Of a DNA stretch of 64,000 nucleotides, positions 57,881 to 64,000 are shown in pieces. Within the stretch, counting starts at the first letter, position 1; each line of letters starts with the position of its first letter. Under the pieces are notes generated by a model. It was not told where the DNA came from, did no database searches, and saw nothing but the letters and a program-made list of their open reading frames with translations. The stretch is from Anaerolineales bacterium. GTDB taxonomy: Bacteria; Chloroflexota; Anaerolineae; Anaerolineales; UBA6663. Location of the stretch: NCBI GenBank assembly GCA_044226485.1, contig JBGAGY010000007.1, forward strand, positions 195,060 to 259,059, given 5' to 3'. The position numbers and the translations under genes are program-made.

Positions 57881-59088
57881 CCACCGCCGGCGCCAGCCAT
57901 CTGCCGCGTGTGCTCGGCCAGGCGTGGGCGCGCATCAACCGCCCTGACTTCGCCTACGTGCCGACCGTTGTCGGCCTCGCGTTGGTCTGGCTGGTCCTTC
58001 AACTCGTCAATCCCAACTTCCTCAGCCCGCTCAACCTGACCAACCTGATGCTGCAGATCGCGGCCATGGGCACGATCGCGGTTGGTCTCGTGCTCGTGTT
58101 GTTGCTGGGCGAAATCGACCTCTCGGTCGGCGTGGTCAGCGGCCTGGCCGCCGTCGTCATGGCCGTCCTCAACGTCAAGGCCGGCGTCCCCGGCACGATC
58201 GCGGTGATGGCCGGTGTCGGGACCGGGCTGGCGATCGGGCTCGTTCAGGGCAGCTGGATCACCAAACTGCGGATCCCATCGTTCATCGTCACGTTGGCAG
58301 GGCAGTTGGCCTGGCAGGGAGCTTTGCTGTACGTCCTTGGCAATACCGGCACCGTCAACCTGCGTGATCCGTTCATCCTCAGCCTGGCCGGCACGTTCTT
58401 CAAACGCGATGTGCCCGGCGGTGAGGCGCTGAGTTGGGTGATTGGCGGCGTGTTCGTCAGCGTGTACGCGATCGGGTTGGGGTGGGAACGTCGCCAGCGC
58501 TTGAGCGCCGGCCTTGCCGCGCGTTCGTTACGGGCGGTGATCGTGCAGGTGGTCGTGATCGCCGTCGCCGGGCTCGGCGCCATCGTGATCCTCAATGCGG
58601 ACCGCGGGTTGCCGTCGGCGCTCGTGTTGTTCATCGGCGTGGTGGTCGTGTTCGACTTCATCACGCGGCGGACGGTCTTCGGGCGCAGCATCGCCGTCGT
58701 CGGCGGGAACCCTGAGGCGGCCCGGCAGGCAGGCCTCGACGTCGACCTGATCCGCATCACGGTCTTCGGCCTGGCGTCGATGCTGGCGGCCTTCGGCGGC
58801 ATCCTGGCGGCCTCGCGTTTGCTGGCCGTTCACCAGGCCTCAGGCAGCGGCGACGTGTTGTTGAACGCCATCGCGGCCGCCGTCATCGGGGGTGTGAGTG
58901 TCTTCGGCGGCCGCGGCAGCGTGTGGTCGGCTGTCCTCGGCGCTTTGGTCGTCGGCTCGATCTCGAACGGCATGGATCTGCTCGTCGTGGCGGCGCCGGT
59001 CAAGTTCATGGTCACCGGGGCTGTGTTGCTCGGCGCCGTCACGCTCGACGTCCTGGCGCGTCGCCGTCGCATTGCCGCCGGCGAGTAA
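57877..59088 (+). CDS. CUT2 sugar ABC permease (XylH/RbsC-like)
   Basis: 403 aa polytopic. The start overlaps the upstream stop (ATGA), indicating translational coupling. Confidence 0.9.
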   Translation: MTTAGASHLPRVLGQAWARINRPDFAYVPTVVGLALVWLVLQLVNPNFLSPLNLTNLMLQIAAMGTIAVGLVLVLLLGEIDLSVGVVSGLAAVVMAVLNVKAGVPGTIAVMAGVGTGLAIGLVQGSWITKLRIPSFIVTLAGQLAWQGALLYVLGNTGTVNLRDPFILSLAGTFFKRDVPGGEALSWVIGGVFVSVYAIGLGWERRQRLSAGLAARSLRAVIVQVVVIAVAGLGAIVILNADRGLPSALVLFIGVVVVFDFITRRTVFGRSIAVVGGNPEAARQAGLDVDLIRITVFGLASMLAAFGGILAASRLLAVHQASGSGDVLLNAIAAAVIGGVSVFGGRGSVWSAVLGALVVGSISNGMDLLVVAAPVKFMVTGAVLLGAVTLDVLARRRRIAAGE

Positions 59089-59094
59089 GGGTTG

Positions 59095-59198
59095 TTGCCA
59101 CGAATGACACGACTTGAAAAGGATGGGCCCGGGTGGCCAGGTGAGTTGTCCGAGTCAACTGGGTGCCGGTTCGTTTCAATGTGTCCAATTCGTGGCAA
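59095..59198 (+). promoter_or_regulatory. long-range inverted repeat enclosing a structured intercistronic region upstream of the NBD::kinase gene
   Basis: TTGCCACGAAT-GACAC (59095-59110) is complementary to GTGTC-c-AATTCGTGGCAA (59181-59198): 16 bp with one bulge, enclosing 70 nt that include an inner AGTTG/CAACT hairpin. Confidence 0.35.
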
Positions 59199-59235
59199 AG
59201 CTCTTCGCTGACAGGGTATCCGATAGGAAGTGGAC

Positions 59236-60819
59236 ATGAGCGAACCTGTGCTCCGCGCACTTAACCTCTCGAAACGTTTCGGGCGCCTCTGGGCCCTCGA
59301 GAACGTCAGCTTCGAGGTGCAGCCGGGCGAGGTGGTCGGCGTCGTCGGTCGGCGTGCCTCGGGCAAATCGACCCTGCTGCACGTCGTCGCCGGAACGTAT
59401 CCGCCGCAGACGGGTGAGATCTGGCTGGGCGACCAGCGTCTGCGCTTCGCGGGGCCGCCGGCGTCGCGGCGGTATGGCATCGAGCTCGTTCATCAGCGTC
59501 CCGTCTTGTCCGATCAGATCGACGTCACCCAGAACATCTTCCTTGGACGCGATCGCAGCTGGCGCGCGCAAATCGGGTTCCCGGATCTGGCCTGTCAGGC
59601 GCGTCGCGCTCGCGAGTTGCTGGCCGAGCTCGATACTCCAGCGGATCTGCTCTACGCGCGGCTCGATGGCCTTTCGGACGAACAGCGTCAGATCGTGGCG
59701 TTGGCCAGGGCCTTCTGCCAGCCGGCTCGCGTCATCCTGCTCGACGAGGCGCTGGCCGCGCTCAGCTTCCAACGCCAGGAGCGCTGCCTCACGCTGATCC
59801 GACGCCTGTCGGCGCAGGGCATTGCCTTCCTCATCGCCAGCGACAACCTCAAGCACCTGTTCGAGGTGACCCACCGCATCCTCGTGCTCTACGAAGGGCG
59901 GCTTGTCGCTGATCAACCGACCAGCGAGGCCACGCCGCGCGAAATCGTCGAACGCATCGTCGGCGCCGCGCAACATGAGCAGGTGACGCCCGTGATCTGG
60001 GCGCTCGAGAGCTATCACCAGTTGCAGCAACAGGCTGAAGACCTGCGACGCAAGCAGACGGCGCTTCAGGAAGATCTGCAGGTACAGGGTTCGCTCAACC
60101 AGCAACTGCTTGTGCGGATGCGCAATCAGGTCGACGCGCTCGATCGGCTCAACGTCGCTCTGCAGGCCGCGCAGCGCCGCCTGATGACCGAACGCGAGCA
60201 GGAGCGCAAAGCGCTGGCTCGTGAACTGCATGACTCGATGATCCAGGACCTGCTCAGCTTCAACTACCGGCTCGAAGACCTCGAGGGCCACACCGCCGAC
60301 GTCCAGCAGCGCGCCGAGCTGGCAGAACTGCGCGAAGACATCCGCACCATCGTCAGCGACCTGCGCCGGCTGTGCAGCGACCTGCGCCCGCCGACGATCG
60401 ACAGCCACGGCCTCACCGCGGCGATTCGTTCGCACGCGCAGGAATGGGCTGACAAGCACCGCGTCGGCCTGGACCTCGACGTCGATAGCGCCCTCGGCCG
60501 CCTGCCCGAACCGATCGAGTTGTCGATCTTCCGCATCGTGCAGGAGGCGTTGAACAACGTGCGCAAGCACGCCTCAGCCCGGCATGTGCGTCTTTCGCTT
60601 CAGCGCACGGCGTCAGCGCACCTGCTCCTGCGCCTCGAAGATGACGGCCTCGGGATGACCGAGCCCGTCAACCTTGCGACTCTCTCGGCCACCAAACACT
60701 TCGGCCTGCTTGGGATCAGCGAACGCGTGGCCCTGTTGGGCGGCACCATGCGCGTCGACACCGCCCAGCAAGGCGGGGTGTCGCTCAGCATCGAGATCCC
60801 CAGCCCGTCGCCGACTTGA
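59236..60819 (+). CDS. ABC nucleotide-binding domain fused to HisKA_3/HATPase_c histidine kinase (NBD::HK)
   Basis: Residues 1-~245 are a single CUT2-type NBD (GRRASGKST, VHQRP, LSDEQRQ, VILLDEA). About 80 aa of heptad-rich helix follow. Then H-box LARELHDSMIQDL, N-box QEALNNVRKHA, DDGLGM and GLLGISERV. The ORF is uninterrupted. ATG 59236 is preceded by GGAAG (a GTG at 59230 is also possible). Confidence 0.85.
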   Translation: MSEPVLRALNLSKRFGRLWALENVSFEVQPGEVVGVVGRRASGKSTLLHVVAGTYPPQTGEIWLGDQRLRFAGPPASRRYGIELVHQRPVLSDQIDVTQNIFLGRDRSWRAQIGFPDLACQARRARELLAELDTPADLLYARLDGLSDEQRQIVALARAFCQPARVILLDEALAALSFQRQERCLTLIRRLSAQGIAFLIASDNLKHLFEVTHRILVLYEGRLVADQPTSEATPREIVERIVGAAQHEQVTPVIWALESYHQLQQQAEDLRRKQTALQEDLQVQGSLNQQLLVRMRNQVDALDRLNVALQAAQRRLMTEREQERKALARELHDSMIQDLLSFNYRLEDLEGHTADVQQRAELAELREDIRTIVSDLRRLCSDLRPPTIDSHGLTAAIRSHAQEWADKHRVGLDLDVDSALGRLPEPIELSIFRIVQEALNNVRKHASARHVRLSLQRTASAHLLLRLEDDGLGMTEPVNLATLSATKHFGLLGISERVALLGGTMRVDTAQQGGVSLSIEIPSPSPT

Positions 60820-60820
60820 G

Positions 60821-60869
60821 AGCGAGGGGAGGAGTGCGAGGGGCGAAGGGCGAGGGGCGAGGGGCGATC
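60821..60869 (+). repeat. heptamer tandem array, copy c (seven GGCGAGG-type units, no complementary arm)
   Basis: AGCGAGG GGAGGAG TGCGAGG GGCGAAG GGCGAGG GGCGAGG GGCGATC, starting 1 nt after the TGA of the NBD::HK gene. Confidence 0.9.
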
Positions 60870-61000
60870 AAGAAGGGCTTGACCGGACCGAAAGACAGAT
60901 CGCGTCTTGATGACGCTTCCGCGCGCATCCCACGTTGCCGCCGACTTCAAATACAATTCAGGAATCACGCAACGATCCGGCGATCGTCAAGGAAACCAAT

Positions 61001-61996
61001 ATGAAGGCCGTTGAAACGTTCACGCTCGAAGACACAAGCAGCGCGCGGTTGAGCGCCTCGCCCGAAGGGGTGCGCCGCTTTCAGGAGGCGCAATTCGGCC
61101 TCTCTGTGCACTGGGGCCTGTACAGCCTCGGTCACAGCGGCAATGAATGGACCTACTTCATCGATCGGATCCCGTTCGAAACCTATCGGTCCCGCATGAG
61201 CCAGTTCAACCCCGTGCGCTTCAATGCCGACGAGTGGGGCGACCTGATGCTCGAGGCCGGCCAGAAGTTCCTGATCATCACCACGAAGCACCACGATGGA
61301 TTCTGTCTTTTTGATTCGGCGCTGACCGAGTTCAAGAGCACGCGTGCGCCGTTCATGCGCGACATCATCGGTGAACTCGCGCCGGCGCTGGCCGCGCGCG
61401 GCATCGCCCTGCATTTCTATTACTCGCTGGTCGACTGGACCCATCCCGCCTACCGAAGCGATTGGCCGGCCTATGTCGCCTACTATCAGGGCCAGATCCG
61501 CGAACTGTGCACGCACTACGGCGAGATCGGCGGTTTCGTCTTCGACGGTTACTGGCCTCGCAACGTGTTGGAGACCGACGACGAACGCGACTACTTCGCG
61601 GCGCGCGGTGATTGGGACCTGGCCGGCACCTATGACCTGATCCACAGCCTGCAGCCCAACGCCGTCGTCGGCAACAACACTCATGTGCTGCCGATGCAGG
61701 GCGAGGACTATCAGGTGTGGGAGCTCGATCTTCCGGGCGAGAACACCATCGGCTTCAACACCACCGATGTCGGCAACAAGCCGCTGGCCTCCTGGTGGAA
61801 CATCAACGTCGGCTGGTCGTATCAACCCTGGAACCACCGTCTGCGCAGCGCCGACGACATCCTCGCGCTTCACCGCAAGATCCGCGAGCGCAACGCCACC
61901 TTCATCCTCAACGTCGGCCCGCGCCCGTGGGGCGACATCCACCCCGACGAGCAGAGTGTCCTGAGGCAGGTGGGGCAGGGGCTTCGAAAGGCGTAG
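61001..61996 (+). CDS. alpha-L-fucosidase (GH29 family)
   Basis: [12 protein letters not shown]...[33 protein letters not shown]...[14 protein letters not shown] is typical of GH29. Start set at ATG 61001 (MKAVETF). Confidence 0.85.
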   Translation: MKAVETFTLEDTSSARLSASPEGVRRFQEAQFGLSVHWGLYSLGHSGNEWTYFIDRIPFETYRSRMSQFNPVRFNADEWGDLMLEAGQKFLIITTKHHDGFCLFDSALTEFKSTRAPFMRDIIGELAPALAARGIALHFYYSLVDWTHPAYRSDWPAYVAYYQGQIRELCTHYGEIGGFVFDGYWPRNVLETDDERDYFAARGDWDLAGTYDLIHSLQPNAVVGNNTHVLPMQGEDYQVWELDLPGENTIGFNTTDVGNKPLASWWNINVGWSYQPWNHRLRSADDILALHRKIRERNATFILNVGPRPWGDIHPDEQSVLRQVGQGLRKA

Positions 61997-62116
61997 AGCG
62001 AGGGGGAAAAGCGGGGGGCGAGGAGCGAGAGGCGAAGGGCGAGGGGCGAGAGGCGAAGGGCGAAGGGCGAAATTCGCGTAAGCGTTCGCCCTTCGCCTCT
62101 CGCCTCTCGCCCCTCG
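61997..62116. repeat. heptamer-periodic hairpin repeat, copy d (8+ units vs 4.5 units)
   Basis: Starts directly after the TAG of the fucosidase gene. The left arm has contiguous GGCGAGG AGCGAGA GGCGAAG GGCGAGG GGCGAGA GGCGAAG GGCGAAG GGCGAAA (62017-62072). Loop TTCGCGTAAGCG. Right arm TTCGCCC TTCGCCT CTCGCCT CTCGCCC CTCG (62085-62116). Confidence 0.9.
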
Positions 62117-62163
62117 TATGGTACAGTTCTCCTCCGACTCACAATCCCTTAGAAGGATCCCGA

Positions 62164-63000
62164 ATGCCCGCTCGTCCACCGTTTCCCGGCCAGCAGCCCG
62201 CGCCGCTGCTGACTCCGGCCAAGAAGATCATCGCCATCGCGTCCGGCAAGGGCGGCGTTGGCAAAAGCACAGTTGCCGCCAATCTCGCGGTCGCCATGGC
62301 GCGCGCCGGCCGTAAGGTCGGCCTGCTTGACGCCGACATCTACGGCCCGAACGCCCCGATCATGCTCGGCGCCAGCGACTACGCGCCGGTGGCCGTCAAC
62401 AACAAGCTGCCGCCCGCGCACGTGCATGGCATCGAGTTGTTCTCGATGGGCTTCATCGTGCGACCGGAGCAGGCCATCATCTGGCGCGGCCCGATGCTCG
62501 ACAAGGCCATCCGCCAGTTCGTCACCGACGTCGCCTGGGGCGACCTTGACGTGATGTTGATCGACATGCCACCCGGCACCGGCGACGCGCAGCTGGCGGT
62601 CTCGCAGTCGTTCGCGATGACCGGCGCTGTGATCGTCACGCTGCCGCAGGCAGTCTCGCAGGCCGACGCCCGGCGCGGCCTCGAAGGCTTCCGCGAGATG
62701 CAGGTGCCGATCCTGGGCATCATCGAGAACATGAGCTACATGCTCATGCCCGACGGCAGCAAGCTCGACGTCTTCGGCCATGGCGGCGGCAAGCAGCTGG
62801 CCCGCGACGCCGGTGCCGAGTTCCTGGGCGAAGTGCCGCTCGATCCGCAGGTGCGCGTCGGCGGCGACGCCGGCGTACCGGTCGTCGTCAGCCAGCCCGA
62901 GTCGTCGGTGGCGCTGGCTTTCGAGGCCCTGGCCCGCGCCGTCTACGAGCGCGCCGACGCCGAGCCCGACGACGGGCCGGTGACGATCTCGGAAATCTAG
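62164..63000 (+). CDS. Mrp/ApbC/NBP35 family Fe-S cluster carrier ATPase
   Basis: [42 protein letters not shown], and [33 protein letters not shown]. Start set at ATG 62164; the 427-aa track ORF is a read-through of repeat d. Confidence 0.9.
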   Translation: MPARPPFPGQQPAPLLTPAKKIIAIASGKGGVGKSTVAANLAVAMARAGRKVGLLDADIYGPNAPIMLGASDYAPVAVNNKLPPAHVHGIELFSMGFIVRPEQAIIWRGPMLDKAIRQFVTDVAWGDLDVMLIDMPPGTGDAQLAVSQSFAMTGAVIVTLPQAVSQADARRGLEGFREMQVPILGIIENMSYMLMPDGSKLDVFGHGGGKQLARDAGAEFLGEVPLDPQVRVGGDAGVPVVVSQPESSVALAFEALARAVYERADAEPDDGPVTISEI

Positions 63001-63002
63001 CG

Positions 63003-63062
63003 GCGATGGGCGAGAGTCGAGGAGCGAGAGGCGCCTCTCGCTCCTCGACTCTCGCCCATCGC
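63003..63062. repeat. heptamer-periodic repeat, copy e (perfect 60-nt palindrome)
   Basis: GCGATGGGCGAGAGTCGAGGAGCGAGAGGC followed immediately by its exact reverse complement. It lies 2 nt after the Mrp stop and 7 nt before the next ATG. Confidence 0.95.
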
Positions 63063-63069
63063 TCTTCGC

Positions 63070-63924
63070 ATGACGATCCTCGCCCTGGGGCTCCTCCTCC
63101 TCTCAGCGGCGCTGCACGCCACCTGGAATCTGCTCCTCAAACAGGCTCAAGACAAACAGGCCGCCGCGTGGTGGGCCATGTTGTTCGGCGCTGCCCTGTT
63201 CCTGCCGGCCCTGGCTTTTTTTCCGCCGCTGCCGGCCTCGATCTGGCCCTTCGTGTTGGGAAGCGCCGCCGCCGAGGCAGCCTACTACTTCTTGCTGGCC
63301 ACGGCCTATGACGCGACGGATTTCTCAGTGGCCTATCCGATCGCGCGCGGCACCGCCCCAGGCCTGCTGGCGATGTGGGCGCTCGTCTTCCTCGGCGAGT
63401 CGCCAAGCCCGGCCGGTTGGGCCGGCATGGCGCTGCTGGCCGTCGGCCTGATGGTGACGGGCGGCGTGTTCTCGCGGCGCCCCGGTTCGGTGGGCCTCGC
63501 CCCGCGCGGCGTGCTCTATGCCCTCGGCGTCGCGGTCTGCATCTCAACGTACTCGATCATCGACGGCGCCGCCGTGCGGCAGGTGCCGGCGCTGCCGTAT
63601 ACGTCACTGGCGTTCCTTTGGACGGCCGTCTTCCTGACCCCGCTGGTCGCCTGGCGCTCAGGCTTCGCGGCCATGCGCGCCGAGGGTCGGCGGCATGCCG
63701 GCCGGCTGGCCCTGATCGGCGTGCTGTCGTTGACGGCCTATCTGCTCGTGCTCGTGGCCTATAGCTTCGCGCCGATCGCGTATGTCGGAGCGGTGCGCGA
63801 GCTCAACATCCTCTTCGGCGTGGCGCTCGGCGCGATCGTGTTGAAGGAACCTGTCGGGCGGGGGCGGCTGGCGGGCGTCCTGTTGATCGCCGCGGGCGTC
63901 CTCGTGATTGCGTTGGTCGGGTGA
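63070..63924 (+). CDS. EamA/DMT family transporter
   Basis: 284 aa, about 10 TM helices with two EamA-like halves. Confidence 0.85.
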   Translation: MTILALGLLLLSAALHATWNLLLKQAQDKQAAAWWAMLFGAALFLPALAFFPPLPASIWPFVLGSAAAEAAYYFLLATAYDATDFSVAYPIARGTAPGLLAMWALVFLGESPSPAGWAGMALLAVGLMVTGGVFSRRPGSVGLAPRGVLYALGVAVCISTYSIIDGAAVRQVPALPYTSLAFLWTAVFLTPLVAWRSGFAAMRAEGRRHAGRLALIGVLSLTAYLLVLVAYSFAPIAYVGAVRELNILFGVALGAIVLKEPVGRGRLAGVLLIAAGVLVIALVG

Positions 63925-63930
63925 GGGGGA

Positions 63931-64000
63931 CTACTCGGTCGGCCTGAAGCCCGCGGCGAAGGGCGCCACGGGCGCGTTCATCTCGGGGAAGCCGCTGCCG
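63931..64000 (-). CDS. 3' end of an unidentified minus-strand gene (partial)
   Basis: The minus strand reads ...GSGFPEMNAPVAPFAAGFRPTE-TAG with high GC3. Only 23 codons lie in the window. Confidence 0.25.
   Translation of the reverse strand, partial: GSGFPEMNAPVAPFAAGFRPTE

Noticed and set aside
59176-60570. Long antisense ORFs opposite real genes (for example 59176..60570 -, 2417..3586 -, 6563..7627 +, 46909..48444 -, 55402..56586 +, 60965..62179 -, 17463..18377 -).
   Set aside because: These are typical high-GC shadow ORFs. They have Arg/Pro/Gly/His-rich low-complexity translations and no recognisable motifs, and each fully overlaps a strongly supported gene on the other strand.
60821-62116. 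The heptamer arrays as a possible CRISPR array or as coding Gly/Glu/Arg-rich repeats (track ORFs 60816..61004, 61870..62142, 63006..63311).
   Set aside because: The period is 7 nt with no spacers, so this is not CRISPR. The 'proteins' are translations of the repeat in arbitrary frames, lack starts with an RBS, and overlap on both strands.
61717-62163. N-terminal 149-codon extension of the Mrp/ApbC ORF (the track gives 427 aa).
   Set aside because: The extension overlaps the fucosidase gene and reads through repeat d. The conserved Mrp sequence begins at MPARPP...[14 protein letters not shown] (ATG 62164).

Overview
High-GC (by eye about 60-65%) bacterial chromosomal segment, gene-dense on both strands. 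I found no rRNA, tRNA or CRISPR array. About 50 coding regions are supported; most long antisense ORFs in the track are high-GC shadow ORFs. Layout: (1) 0-10 kb holds drug-modification and efflux-like genes: an RPH-like PEP-utilising enzyme, SDR, VOC/bleomycin-resistance fold, a PadR / HAAS-pentapeptide / DrrAB-like operon, and a CPT-like kinase. (2) 10-25 kb holds TetR plus a FAD oxidoreductase, a MalT-like LuxR regulator followed by a five-gene envelope operon (small conserved protein, CPBP protease, membrane protein, double flavodoxin-fold protein, Lnt-like acyltransferase), and an XRE-NB-ARC-TPR STAND regulator. (3) 25-38 kb is a signalling region: a membrane MCP, a YdjG-like zinc-ribbon/TPR protein, a GGDEF-EAL protein, a Cys-rich PAS histidine kinase, and a soluble MCP plus stand-alone hemerythrin. 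It ends in a decayed patch with an MCP fragment and an IS3-family remnant. (4) 38-51 kb holds ArsR-SRPBCC, a YiiX-like hydrolase, a TPR-only protein, a RibD_C reductase, another LuxR-STAND regulator, a thioesterase and a giant GT-C-like membrane protein. (5) 51-64 kb is a sugar locus. The most unusual item is there: a XylF-like binding protein and XylH-like permease are encoded with a single ABC nucleotide-binding domain covalently fused to a HisKA_3 histidine kinase, and with no transport ATPase. This operon sits divergent to a REC-HTH-REC regulator, next to a complete ChvE/GguAB-like importer, and upstream of a GH29 fucosidase. The same 12 kb contains a family of heptanucleotide-periodic (GGCGARG-type) hairpin repeats at six intergenic sites. 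Taxonomy cannot be assigned from the sequence alone.
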